From contig JAQFVV010000010.1 in assembly GCA_028023455.1 (NCBI GenBank), forward strand, positions 12,772,001 through 12,836,000: a DNA stretch of 64,000 nucleotides, given 5' to 3'. Of this stretch, positions 1-13,086 are shown piece by piece; the first letter of the stretch is position 1, and each line of letters starts with the position of its first letter. The position numbers and the translations under genes were made by a program. The notes beneath the pieces were generated by a model. That model had not been told where the DNA came from and ran no database searches. It saw only the letters and a list, made by a program, of their open reading frames with translations. This stretch comes from Epiperipatus broadwayi (Eukaryota; Animalia; Onychophora).

Positions 1-126
1 TTAAATTTGATTTTATTTTTAAAAAATTTGTAAGAATATAATAGATTGAAAAATAAAACAGTTCAGTTTTGCCGCTTAAATTTTAATCCAGGAAAAGAAT
101 GTAAGGTACAAATTTCATTTAAATAT

Positions 127-693
127 TGTTATGTTTGGGCTGTTATTTATTACAACCACCTATTTTGGTGTTACAACATAAACTAGCATATATGTTTAAA
201 AAAGAAATGAACTCTCATGATGAGGTTGAACTATTTAATGACAAATTAGAAAAGGTTTCAGTGAATAATTATTTACAATTAATTATTGTAATAAAATGTA
301 ATACAAAATTTACACAAGTATTTTTACAATACATTTATCTATGCCTGAGGCTCATTAACAAATAATAATATAGACTGAGTTGGCTTTTAATTTTGCCTAG
401 ATCTCTCCTTTCCACCTTCAGCTGGAATTCAGTGGGTAATAAAGCCAGTACAGGTCCTTTTTCTTTAGTAGAGTGTCCAATCTTCAGTAGCAAATATTTT
501 TTATAGTTAGTTCCTCTTACAGACTGTTAGCATTAGGATCCAATGGACATTCTCTTCTATTGGTCATTTATCTCTATACCTATGCTTATTGGTTTGCAGT
601 GCTACATGCTCAATCTGGTTTAAATCATACTCGATCTGAGCAAGTCTATAGAAAACTTGTATGCACGTATTTTAATTCGCGCAGCACACAGCA
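127..693 (-). repeat. 3' LTR of Gypsy element
   Basis: TGTTATGTT...CACACAGCA, colinear with 4961-5535 with scattered substitutions. Confidence 0.92.
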
Positions 694-1299
694 CTATCCC
701 CTGCTACTTCTAAGAAATGCCTGCTTCTCTGGAGTCACATATATTCTTTTACTAGTCTATTTCTCCAGGAGTCACATATATTCTTTTAACAGTCCATTTC
801 TCCATTTCATAGTAATTATAGAATTAGTTTTTTGGCTTACTGTATCATTTAGTATTCTACTATTATTGTTCACTTTCCAAATGTTCTTTAATAAACAACA
901 CCATTTCCATGCAGCAAATATCTTGTTACTTAGTTATTATGACTGGCATTAGACAAAACAGTTCATCAATAATAATAAAAAAATATATATGTGTAGTCAA
1001 AATTTAAATGCATAATTCTTTTATAAAAGTAAATCAAATGAATGCTTACACTAAAAAGTGAGTTTTAAGAATGCCATTCTAATGATGGTTTATTACCACT
1101 TATCAACTAGTCACATATATAATCATGTAGATAGGCAGGTGGGCGACATTTACGGCAAAGTCCCTTTTCTTCCTGATCGTCAGTCGCATTCAATCTGGGA
1201 TGCTGTATCATGATTTCATCTGAAACTTCCTCTGCTTCCTCACCTAACTCTATGAGGTCTTCTGCCCTATCTTTATTAACTATGTTATGATTCTTGAGT

Positions 1300-4200
1300 G
1301 GATCTTCATCTCAAGTTCCCATATTATAGTCGAAGTTTACTTCGGTCCAGTTTTTTCGGCTGTGATTTATGTGCCAACAGTAGCTTGCCCCTGATTTGGT
1401 TTGGATTTCAACAATTTGGTCTGAAATAATCCTAGTTATACCATCTGTCCATGTCTTGTGTAGTGTATCACGTACCCATATGTTGTCCCTGGCAGCATAA
1501 GTATTTTTTGATTGTTGGTGATTTTCCATGGTCAGGCATCAGAATGGACAGCTTGTTACACAATTTCCTGCCCATCAATATTTCTGTTGGTGATTTCACA
1601 GTGGATGTGGTCAGTGGAATATGTTGGTGCAGCATTGCAATGTTTAGTGCCTTGTATAGATTGGTTTTATTTAATCTATTTAATACTAGTTTTGAATGCT
1701 GGATGGCCTTTTCTGCAATCCCATTGGATTCCGGGTGATACGGAGAACGGGGGTGATTTATTCCCCATTCTTTTACAAACGACTCGAATTTGTCGGAAGT
1801 AAAAGCAGTCCCATTGTCTGAAACCAAAACTTCTGGTGATCCCTGGTGTGCAAATATTTTGCTTAGAATACAAATAGTTTCTGCTGAACTAGTATTTTTG
1901 GTTATCTAGTATTCTGCCTATTTTGAGCCAGCATCTATCAATACTAAAATTATTTTACATTTATTGGTCCAGCATGGTCTATGTAGACCTGGCTTCAAGG
2001 TTTATCAGTTTTGGGCTAATATGTAAATTTCTTTGGAGGTGCATTTATGGTTTGATTGGCAAGATTTACATTTTTTAATGAACATTTCTATATCTGTACT
2101 CATGCCCAGCCAATACACGTAACTGCATGCTAGCGCTTTTGCGCGAACGACCCCTGGATGCCCTTGATATAACATTTCTAATATTTTAGAACATCCAATG
2201 GGGAGAATCAATACTTTATCTGCCATTACTATGCATCCCTTTAACATTGACAGTTGTTGGTGCATATTTCTTAGAGACTTATGTAAATAGTGTGGTCGCT
2301 TGCTGGGCCACCTTTCCTAATCCAGTTTATGAGTATCTGGCTGCTTCTTAAGTCCATCTGGCTATAGTGTTGCTGTTTATAATTTCTGGCTTCCAATGGT
2401 CTAAGTAATTTATGTCTACTTCAGTATCCGTTTTCTCTGTTACATCTGGTATGCGAGATAGAGCATCCGCATGCTGTATTTGACTACCTTTCTGATACAC
2501 TAATTCGTAATCATATGAAGATAGCAAATTATATCAGCGAATTATTCACAAGCTCAAATGGTCTGATGCCACTTTTTTATTGGCGAATATCCCCAATAAT
2601 GGGCGGTATCTGTTATTATTTTAACTGATCGGCCGTAAATGTATTGGTGAAATTTTCAAACCGCTGATATAACGGCCAAAGCCTCCTTGTCCAGTTGGCT
2701 GTAATTTTTTTCAGCTTTTGACTGTTCTAGACATATATGCTATTGGGTGTTCACTATTCTGCGACGGATGACTGAGTACTGCCCAATTCCATATTCGGAT
2801 ACGTCTCTTGATAATATTACCTCAAGGTTACTGTTATACTAACAATTGATTTGATGTAAGCAGTGCTTTCCTTTTCTGAAAAGCGTTCTCTTGCTGTTCC
2901 TTCCAATACCATCGTTGATTTTTGCGAAGCAAACAAATTAACCAATCCTAAAAAATCCTGCAGTTCCTTAATGTTTGTGGGGGATGGCGCATTTATGATA
3001 GCTTTAATTTTACCCGGATTGGATCTAACTGCTGTGCTTGATATAATGTGTCCTAAAAACTTTATTTTGTTAACACATCAAATACACTTTTGCATGTTTA
3101 GTTTTGCACCAAACCTTTCTAGCCTTTTGCAAACCTTGTCTAATCTACTTTGTAATGCCGCTTCGGAGTCCGCTGTTATCAATGTTGTCAAAATATGGCA
3201 TTGCTCTCTCCAATCCTTCCAATAGCGTGTCTATTTTAACTTGAAAAGCATTCGAGGTGATTTTTATACCGAAAGGTAGACTATTATAATTATGCAATCC
3301 CTTGTGTGTTGTTATGGTAAAGAGCGCCACCGTTTTCTTTGTCAATGTAATCTGATGAAAAGTGGCATTTAAATACAACTTTGCGAAATAGTTTGTGCCT
3401 TCCAATCCAGCTAATATCTCTCATATTTAGGACAGGGTATGGGCTTTTGCCATACTTTTGTTTACAGTGAACCTGTAATCCCGCATATTCGGATTTGTCC
3501 ATTTTGTTTTGTTACGAAAACTATAAGAGTAGCCCATTCTGAGTCTTCGACCGGAGTCAGTATACATTTCTTTATTATATCTGCTAAAGCTTCTTCAACT
3601 CGTGATTTCATGGCAAAAGGTATTTTTCTAGGTTTGCAGCGAACTGCTTTTGCGCCTTCATGAAGCTCAATTTCCACAGCTGTAATATCGATTTGTCCCT
3701 GCTCTTCACAAAACAGTTTAGGGAATTTAAGCTTTATTTCTGTTTCGATGTTAATTTTGTTTATGATACAGATTTTAATGCCTAACAGGGTTATACCATT
3801 TCCTATCTAATAAGGATGCTATATTGTCTTTGACAATATATAGGCTTAGTTTTTTCCAGTGATTGTTTATAGCTACAATAACTTCTACTACCCCAGCTAT
3901 TTGAATTGGATTCCCATTTGCATCATTTGCCTTGAGCTCCGTTTTAGCTACTTTTTTTTTGACGTTTTTAATTATCTCAGACCAACTCCTTTGCGATATG
4001 ATGGACATCCCGGCTCCGCTGTCTATCTCTATTTCTATAGCTTTGTTACATATCTCTACTGCCAACATTATTTGTCGACCGCTTTTGGTCCCTGCCTTAT
4101 TTATTTTAGTATAACGTTCCAATTTGGCGTATCTGTTTACTGGAGATTTGTCATTAGCACAAGTTTTGCTTTTAGTACAGCAAACTTTCGCCTGGTGTTT

Positions 4201-4700
4201 CATTCTCCTGCATTTATTGCATTTTGCAGTTTTCCAGCTGCATTCATGTGCAATATGGCCAATTTTTCTACAGCGATAGGATTCAGTTTCCAAGTTTTCT
4301 AGCTCTTCTGTTTTGCTTGTTTTATATATTGAAGTTTGTTTTGTAGCCTCTAGGTTGGTTAGCTTGTTGGAATTCTTTGGAACTGCTTAGAACTAGTTCA
4401 TAGGTCATCCCTCTTTTGATGGGCCTTGTAATATGTCAGATCTGGGATGGCCAACAATTGTTGACGTAGTTTGTCATCACTCACCCCCCATAAAAACTGT
4501 TCTAATAACACTTTCCTCTAGGTAATCCCCATAAGCACTCTTTCGCACCAAATCTCTTAGGGCCGTATCAAAAATCTACAGTTTCTCCCTTTATTTGGCG
4601 TCTGTTGTGCATGTGTATGCAAGCAATGTGCTTTGATGGCTCCGGGCTCCGCATAACTGTTTACCTAGTCTTCCAAAAAGTAATAGTGCGGCCACTTTCG
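1300..4700 (-). pseudogene. Disrupted gag-pol (two CCHC-type knuckles, aspartic protease, RT, RNase H, integrase)
   Basis: ORF fragments: 3775-4293 (YRCRKIGHIAHEC, CNKCRRMKHQAKVC, IDSGAGMS); 3462-3677 and 3145-3405 (RT N-terminus, LPFGI); 2005-2265 (GHPGVVRAKALACSYVYW...CKSCQ); 1468-1827 (SDNGTAFTS...PYHPESNGIAE). Multiple stops and frameshifts. Confidence 0.9.
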
Positions 4701-4960
4701 TTACGTCATCTTTGATTTTGTTGACAATGAAGTAGCATTCAATACACTTTGTACTTTGTGGCCATTCGGAAGGACTATTAACATCGAATTGTAGCCATCT
4801 TCCTTGGTAATACCCTTTGTACATTGTGGCCATTCGGAAGGACTATTAACATCGAATTCACAAATACTTAGCTGTGTTGTAGCCATCTTCCTTGGTAACT
4901 AATCAGTAACCAGTTTAACCCACTTCGTCCTCTCTTCCACTGTTAACCGCACCAATTGTA

Positions 4961-5535
4961 TGTTATGTTCGAGCTGTAATTTATTACAACCACCTATTTC
5001 ATTATTACGAACATAAACTAGCATATATGTTTAAAAAAGAAATGAACTCTCAGGATAATAGTCTGGTTAAATTACTTAATGACAAATTAGAAAAGATTAC
5101 AATGAATAATTATTTACAATTAATTATTGTAATAAAATATAATACAAAATTTACACAAGTATTTTTACTGTATATTTATCTATGCCCTGAGACTTATTAA
5201 CAAATAATAATATAGATCGAGTTGGCCTTTAATTTTGCCTAGATCTCTTCTTTGCATCTTCAGCGGGGATTCACTGAGTAAGAAAGCCAGTTCAGGTCCT
5301 TCTTCTTTAGCAGAGTGTCCAATCTTCAGTAGCAAATACTTTTTATAGGTAGTTTCCTTTCTAGACTGTGAGCATTAGGATCCAGTGGACATTCTCTTCT
5401 ATTGTTATTTTATCTCTATAGCTATGCTTATTGTTTTGCAGTGCTACATGCTCAATCTGGTTTAAATCATGCTCAATCTGAGCAAGTCTATAGAAAACTT
5501 GTGCGCATGTATTTTAATTCGTGCAGCACACAGCA
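4961..5535 (-). repeat. 5' LTR of Gypsy element
   Basis: Second copy of 127-693, adjacent to the PBS-like motif. Confidence 0.92.
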
Positions 5536-6240
5536 AATGTAAATTGGTTTCAATATCTAATCATATGTCAAAGAATTCTTAATTGTTCATTTTATTTTTA
5601 TGATTATTTTATTGCAAGATGAAGATGTCTGAATTTTAATTAAATTTCACCAAGCCATAGTCTTTTTTAACTATATTATTTCAGCAAACTTTCTTATTTC
5701 ATTTATCCAACTTACATATGATTTTTTCCCAAATCTTCTATTATCACTTGGGATTTAGTTTAAGAATTTAACTGTCTGTTTATTGCAATTTGTTTTTTGT
5801 AACATAACCAACAAAGTTCCATTTCACCTTTTTTTTATATTGATAATACCTATTGTTCTTTTACCCATGTATTAAGTTTTCAGTGTAAGCATATAACTAT
5901 CCATATTTTATTGTGTGGTATGTGCTGTATTTTTGTATTGAGTGTCCAAGGATTAGAACCATAATTAAGCATTGGTAAAATGCATTTGTTAAAAATTGTT
6001 TTTTACTACATAAGCATTTTTCATTTTGTTATATTATTTCTGTTCAAAATATTTTATCTAAGTTTAATTATATGATTAATTTATTCATTATGTTTTCATA
6101 CATATTAATTATTGAGTCAGTGTATTTGAAGTATATTCTTTTTAATTTATTATTATCAATTTTTATTTTCTTCATTTTTGAAAAACTACTAAAAATAGTC
6201 TTTTTAGCATTTATTTTTCTTTCTTTATTTTTTTTGTTTT

Positions 6241-6360
6241 GATCTGATAACTCTCGTAATATTTTCTGAGGCTCTGAATCATTATTTGCAGAAATTTTTG
6301 TTTTTATATCATCTGCAAAATGTAGATCCTTTAAATAATCTCCATTTACTTATATACCAG
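6241..6360 (-). mobile_element. Short RTE-like non-LTR RT fragment
   Basis: Minus strand reads GI*VNGDYLKDLHFADDI...LRELSD, the FADD catalytic region as in the RTE copy at 21493-22952. Confidence 0.7.
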
Positions 6361-6388
6361 TATATATATGTTGCTGATGGCTTTAGAT

Positions 6389-6848
6389 CAGGGGTGGGCA
6401 ATTGTTTTAGCTCAGGGGCCACAGAGGTTGGTGGAGGGCCATATCGTGGGTCACTTTGTGGAAACGAAGGTTAGTGGAGGGCCACACCTTTTTTCATGAC
6501 ACAATAAACACACTGCTTTATTTCATGTATTACCAAAGAAATATTTGTTTGTCCATTCTTCATTAAACACATGACATTCATCACCGATTTTACATTTTTT
6601 TTTGGAGGGTTCATGATTTCACTAAAGTTGGAAATGTATTTATTTGCTAATGCAAAGACAAAATTGAAATTAATCAGATCTACTGGAAAAGCACTGCACA
6701 TGTGTATAGACATGGTCATCCTAGTGGAAAATAAAAGATGAATCTTTGGTCACACACGGGAAAGAAATCTCAGTTCAAGGTGGATTTTTCTGATTGTCTT
6801 GGCAGGCTGCATAAAAACTCTTAGCGGGCTGCTATTTGCCCACCCCTG
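6389..6848. mobile_element. Non-autonomous hAT (Buster/SPIN-type) element, 460 bp
   Basis: TIRs CAGGGGTGGGCAA...TTGCCCACCCCTG; perfect 8-bp TSD CTTTAGAT (6381-6388, 6849-6856) with central TA. Internal minus-strand remnant KIGDECHVFNEEWTNKYFF...KAVCLLCHE resembles the N-terminus of SPIN/Buster transposases. Confidence 0.93.
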
Positions 6849-7650
6849 CTTTAGATAAATGTAGGTATCAGACTAATACAAATTTTGTTGTTAGATGAAG
6901 TAATTCAGTTTGTCTATCCAATTTTTAGTTTATTGATTGTTTAATTACATCTTGGCTTTTCTCTAATTAAACAAATAAATGGAAAAAATTTCATTAAATT
7001 TTCAATAATTTTATATGAAAATTTTCTATTATACGTAATCTGTAATTAAATTAATTTGTATCAGATAACCAACCATTCAAAATTTTATCCATTAATGTCT
7101 TTTGCAACTTTCTTATGTTAATTGTAATGGGACTAATTATGAATGATTGCTAATGTTTAAAATCATTTTATGAGAAATTGAGTGTAATAAAATAATAGCA
7201 GTATTTTTTTTTTAAATAGACATTTAGTTTAGAAATAGAAGATTTTTTGATTTTATCATATAAAAATATGTTAGAATAGTAATTATTTATATTTTTTTAT
7301 AGTATTACATTTTATATAATATATAAATAAGAGCAGAAAATTTGAGAGATCAGTATTTACTGTACTAAATAATAGTGCATATAAATTGTTATCTTCAGAC
7401 TGGTTAGTGGATTTTGCCTTTATCAATGAGGATTTCAGATTCAAAGCTAGAAACCAGTGCAATTATGCATCCGAAACATTTAGCTTGAAGTTAAAAAAAT
7501 TCTTAAGATTTTGAATCTAAACCACTTTGCTTGATCTTACATCAGTAATTATATATTTTAGTAAGTTCAATTCTTTTATTATATATATATAATAAATAAA
7601 ATATTTATTAATTTGTTACATTGTTTTATTCATTTTACTTTATTATTTAG

Positions 7651-7840
7651 TTATTTTTGGCCTCGACAACTACTTTCTCGACAGTTTTGGACTTCAGAAC
7701 AAAAAATACACTTTTCAGAATATTATTACCACCGGAGACATAGTTATCATGATGCAATTATGAAACTTTTAGAAACAAAAATCATCGAACTTAAAGAATC
7801 TTCTAGTAGAGAAAATCTTCAACAGCTATTAAACAATTTA
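7651..7840 (+). CDS. LETMD1: LETM1 domain-containing protein 1-like, internal coding exon
   Basis: AG/GT bounded; encodes YFWPRQLLSRQFWTSEQKIHF..., matching from memory human LETMD1 [21 protein letters not shown]; ends in phase 0. Confidence 0.9.
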
Positions 7841-10685
7841 GTAGGTTTTTTTTTTTCTAGATTAAATAAACATATAATATATTTTTAAATAAATTATTAG
7901 CTTTTTGCAAGTCTTAACTTCTTTTGAACTAGAGTACAAGAATTATGTGTGTTCTTAAATATAGACTCTATTACTGAGGTTTTGCGTTTGTTTTAAAAAA
8001 ATTCTGATGATATTAATCTCCATTATGCCATATAAGCTATAACCTTTTCCAAAGAAGTTTTCTAAGAATGACTAATTAAATAGAAATTAAAAATAACAAT
8101 AGTTTTTTTCTGTTTGTGTTTTTTTGACAAGAAAGGTTGCTCTTTCCAATTAAAATTATCAAAAGAAAATGACTTTGAGAATCTAATATATATGTAAATT
8201 TCTCATCATAAATAATGTTAATTCTTTTATTGAATCGATTGTAAAGTTGTTAAAGTACCTTTTTAAAAATAGAGTTCAGAATACTAATCAAACTTGGTAG
8301 TTAATGTAGCAACTTTGGGATTTATAAATCTTTGCTTGGTGAAACAAAAAAAAACAACAATTCATTTGTAGTAGATACATTAAAATAATATTTAAAGATT
8401 TTTAAATTAAAAGTTTTAAATCTTTCTTTTTATGTGCCTATTGACCATGATGACGAATGATGTACACAATCGTACAAACAAGCTACTTTAAAATTAAGAA
8501 CTTTTTATTTTGGAGATAGTTTCTGTTTATAAACTTACAAAAATGTCTTAATTTTTAATCTCTCAAATCCTACAGTCTAATAATATACCATATCATCAAT
8601 CATTCTAGACTTTCTTCAACTGATTGTTCAATGCAAATGGTAACTAAGTTGTCCCACTATAATAACGAAAGTATCTGGATCATATTATTTTAAATGTTTT
8701 TGAAAATCTGATTTTTCTTTAAACAGTATTAAAGAAACGGCTTCTGTAACAATTTTAGCTAATGAATTTGACTTTTATGATTTTATCCACTGATGGAAAA
8801 TTTGCACCAAGACAAGTTTTTTTATATTTAAAATCTCATTTTTGACTAAGATAAAAATTGGAGGAACAAATTGATAACTATCTTAATATTATAATAGAAC
8901 CATCAAACTAAATTAATAATTTAATAATTGCTTTCACATAATTTAATGCAATGAAAGAATAGCAGACTAAAGGTTTTTAAATCATTTCTTAGTTAAGTGA
9001 AGTACAAAAAAAAAAAGAAGAAATTGTTTTATTCAATTGAATAGGTTGTGTTTAACTTAACACCAAGGATAAAATTGCTAATAATTATTTTTGTTTTAAT
9101 TAAAAATCATTAATATTGTTTGAAAAACAATGCTAGTGATCTTGACAGCTATCACAGTAGTTTCACCAAATTTGTTTTCCAATAATGAGTTTTAGTCCTT
9201 ATGATCAGTTGCTGTAATATTTTTAGTTTGCCCACTACTAAAGAAATATTATCATTTAATAAAGCACTTGATAATGTGACTAATAAACTTATGTTGTTCT
9301 ACTTCTATCATACACTTTTCTTTAAAATTATTAGAAAAGTTTCAGATTATTCACTCATTCAATGTGAGGCTTCTTTGCAGGATCTTTAACACTATAAATT
9401 AGATTTATAGAAGAAGTCAGAAATTTCAATTCATTGTAAATATAGTTGTAAGTTAACTAATTAAAATTTAATGAATGAATAAGAACTAATCAAATAACAC
9501 AGATGAAGTGATAACTTCTATTGAACACTTTATTATCAATCTAAAATGTGCATCTTTAATTTTTAGCTGGATAAAGGAAAAACTTTTTTTTTTTTTTGAA
9601 GATCATTCATGATGCATTATGCCACATTATCTAAAAATACTCTGCTGATAAGTATTCAGAAAAATCTTTGGTTTATAAACTAGATGATGTGTTTCAACCT
9701 CATATCTATTTAAAAGTGATATTTGCTTGTGGAGATAAAATCCTGATTTGAAGTGAAGGATTCTAAAAATCAAAACTATTTGAAAAAAGACAGGGCTAAA
9801 ACATTAGTTGTAAGCCTTTTAAAAGATCTTAAAGAAAGCTCTAAAATCAGTAAGCTTTCAGATTAGTTCTTGTTTTTCTTCTGTTTTTAACTTTCTGTCA
9901 AAGATCTTACAAAAAATTTACAAATAACTTCAGGCCAGTTTATTATATATTACTATTAAGCGATATTTTTTTCATGAAAATACAGGACTTCATCGTAAAT
10001 GTCAAATAAATATATAACTTTATCTTTCTTATTTCTTATATTTAAGTAGAAGTTTTGAAGAAGATTGCCGGAGCAATCAAAACTGGCATAGTGGATTGTA
10101 AAAATTAATAAAGAACATAAATGATATTAATATTAAAATGTCAAGTAAACAGAAAAATTGACCAGTGTATTCTATCTATAAAGGATTTGTGGTTCATAGA
10201 TTGGGTTGCATAACCATCGCAAAACTATTTCTAGAGTAATTTTTTTCTCCTTCTTTCTTTTACTTTCTTTAATTTTTTTTCGAAATTGAAATGGCCATGC
10301 TTATTTTTTAGTGGCTGTTTATTATTGTTGTTGTTATTAGATTATATTTTCAATGTAATGCTAAAGAGCTTTGTATTCTTCATTACTTATTTTAACTAAA
10401 TATTATTGAAAATTATAGTTATTTAATTTAAAAGTGGAAAAATTATGATACAATTACTTTTTGTTTTCAAATTTTCAAACACATTTGTCGGACTCTAGAA
10501 TGCAAGATTCTTGGATTGATTTCATTTCTGGTACTTTTAGTGCTCGATCTTTTTATGAATTTTCCAGGCAATAAAGTCATTCAATTATGCATTTATTTGT
10601 AAACAAAAGTTGTATTTTTTTCTATTGTTTTGTAATTTGTCAAAATTTTTATTTTTTGAAACTAAATTAAACTATTTTATTTCAG

Positions 10686-10787
10686 ATAATTCACAAGTTA
10701 TTCCCTACTGCACAGGAAATTTTAGATTGCAAAGCGGCTTTTTCTGAACCACCTTTTAGCATTGAGCATCTTTCTGCAAGACATTTA
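10686..10787 (+). CDS. LETMD1: LETMD1-like internal coding exon (34 codons)
   Basis: ttcag|ATA...TTA|gtgagt; IIHKLFPTAQEILDCKAAFSEPPFSIEHLSARHL; phase 0/0, continuous with neighbouring exons. Confidence 0.88.
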
Positions 10788-11079
10788 GTGAGTCTTTATT
10801 AGATTATTTTACTATTTATTTAGTGTGCTTTATATATACATTTATTGTAACAGTAAACAGAAAAAGTTTAGCATGAGGTGACAAATATGTAATGGATATA
10901 AGCTCAGTCTTAAAATAGAATGATGATCAGCTGTTGATAGTGGTAATTACGATCAGTCATTTTTGTTATTCTAAATCTATCACAGTAAAATCAAAATGGA
11001 TTTAAGTATACATATACATATATTCAATAGTGGTTAAAATATATATAACTGCATGTATCTAGATATGATATGATGCACT

Positions 11080-11460
11080 ATGGCTTCTCCTTTATCAGAG
11101 TCAGAAATCTCTAAGCCACTATGTCCAGAAAAACAAATTAGCCACTTTAGCTTCCCTTTCCATTCCCACCCTAAGTTTTTCACATATTCTTCTCTATCCT
11201 GCTCCATCCCATTTCCACAACATTATCTTTGTCCACTCTATGGCCTTTATATCAATATTCCCCTTATCTTTTTCCAAACCCAGCATAAAAACAAAGAACC
11301 TACTTTCTATATAATCACTTTGTTTATATTTATTCTCCCATAACTTCATTATTTGTACCCTTTCTGCTTGTAAACATTTATATTCAATTAACAGATGCCT
11401 AATATTTTCCATGCCTTCCTTACATAACTTGCAGTTTAAATCACCCACATTTCTCCATTT
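11080..11460 (-). mobile_element. 3' fragment of a non-LTR retrotransposon ORF2 (C-terminal Cys/His region)
   Basis: ORF 11194-11448 CKLCKEGMENIRHLLIEYKC, a typical LINE C-terminal zinc-knuckle-like motif. Confidence 0.6.
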
Positions 11461-12295
11461 ATGTGTATATTCCCTTGTTGCTAATGATCCTGTTCAAGCT
11501 TTAAACAGTAAACTACTTTCAGTGCTATTTATAATATTTTAAGCAGAAGAAATATTATAGATTAAAAAGATCGATAAGAGTACTCCAGAAGTTTAAGTTA
11601 AAAGTATTTATTAATGATAATAAAAACTTTTAGAAATGTAAATGATTAGTTACGTAATTGAAATGTTTCCGCTAACTTAATAAAAAGAAAGGAAATGCAA
11701 ATGTTGAATGAATTAGGAAAGATAAAATCTTAATGGAAATAGATCCGAAAAATGCATTTAACGAAATGCTTCGCAAAAGAATTTTAAATAATGGAAAATG
11801 CTTGTGTGTAAATCTATCTGATCATATTTCCCTTTTATTGTTATAATATATATGAGTTACATAACAATTGACGAGATGTCTTTAACAAAGGTTAGTATTC
11901 GTGTATACATTTTATGGTTTTAATTAATTAGATAATGTATTTATCATAAAAATAAATTAGAGGTTTAATTGGAGAAAACAATTAATTGTTTCTCAGTTGT
12001 GGATAGTTTCACTATTTATTTATTTTTTTTGTAATGAATTTTAATTGATTTTCATTCTCATTAATGTTATGGTTGGTAGAGAATGTTGTTATAATGGAAC
12101 TTTGATTCGAATTAGGCAAAGGTTTTTTTAATGATATGGAGGAATGTAAGGCTAATATATATATATCAAAGATTTGACTGTCAATTTTTTTAAGAATGAA
12201 AAGCATTTTTTTATATGAAAATTAAATGTTTTATTTTCTGATGTTTATATTATATTCTTTGTTTTCACTATATTTTTTTACCTCTTTATTTTTAG

Positions 12296-12439
12296 CGATA
12301 TCTTTGTGGTGCCCATGATATAATGCTTGGTCCTCATGCACGTTATAGACTATGGTCTCGCATTAAACTTATTCAGAATATTGATCAAGCCATTGTTCGT
12401 GAAGGTTTTGAAAGCATAAATCTTAATGAATTGCATGAG
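12296..12439 (+). CDS. LETMD1: LETMD1-like internal coding exon (48 codons)
   Basis: tttag|CGA...GAG|gtaag; RYLCGAHDIMLGPHARYRLWSRIKLIQNIDQAIVREGFESINLNELHE, corresponding to the R-RL...I..LD.A...G motif of the LETM1 domain. Confidence 0.9.
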
Positions 12440-12661
12440 GTAAGAGAATTATGTATGTACAATTTTTTTAATCAATATACTAAAGCTATAGGTTATGAGA
12501 ATGATTTTATTAGATATAGAAAGGAAAAAATAAAGATTTCAAACTACACAAGAATTTCATGAAAACCTTTTATATCAATTAATATAAAAACAATATATAT
12601 ATATATAACAATGTCTTCAATAATAGTAGCAAAATATTATTTACAATTAATATTAAATATT

Positions 12662-13086
12662 ATAAATAGTCAAAATAAAAGTCATAGATCAATTCATAGA
12701 TCACATGACCCTTGACTATTTATAGTCTCTGCCAAAAAGTCTTATGCAATTTTATATTGCTATGACTACTACTATATGGCATGGCTGAAGATCTATCAGC
12801 CCCATATAGCTATTTGAGTTGGATAGCTGGGTTTGAAGACATGTACATGTCTGAAAATTTCAGATTTTCCACTCAATAGATAACTTCTAGCTAAGTGCTT
12901 AGCTTTGGGTTGGTATTTTTAGATCTAGTGTCTGAACCTACCCTGACACCTCTCTGAGGAGTGCCAAAGCACGAAACCATGGTCAGGGGTTTGGGGAGGG
13001 GTTCCTGACAGAGATATTTTAAATGCTGGCTCTGGCTAAGCATTTATCATAAAGCTTGTAGAGGAATTGGCAATCCTCACTGTTTA
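12662..13086 (+). mobile_element. Hammerhead-containing retro-insertion (Penelope-like/retrozyme family A)
   Basis: 14-bp TSD TAATATTAAATATT (12648-12661, 13087-13100); short inverted repeat at the 5' end (12662-12673 vs 12711-12722); internal hammerhead. Confidence 0.75.
12948..12990 (+). ncRNA. Minimal type I hammerhead ribozyme, intact core
   Basis: Stem I ACCTCT/AGGGGT; CTGAGGA; stem II GTGC-CAAA-GCAC; GAAA; palindromic stem III ACCATGGT; GTC cleavage triplet at 12982-12984. Confidence 0.9.

Larger units (their letters stand above)
127..5535 (-). mobile_element. Degenerate full-length Ty3/Gypsy LTR retrotransposon (Mag-like organisation)
   Basis: Direct repeats 127-693 and 4961-5535 with TG..CA ends; 5-bp flanks AATAT/AATGT (one mismatch). 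Minus-strand remnants in the order gag zinc knuckles, protease (EIDSGAG), RT, RNase H, integrase. PBS-like TGGTGCGG at 4947-4954; purine-rich tract at 694-710. Confidence 0.93.

Noticed and set aside
126-952. ORFs of 79 and 130 aa at 126-365 and 560-952
   Set aside because: They lie in or across the Gypsy LTR, are low-complexity and have no recognisable motif.
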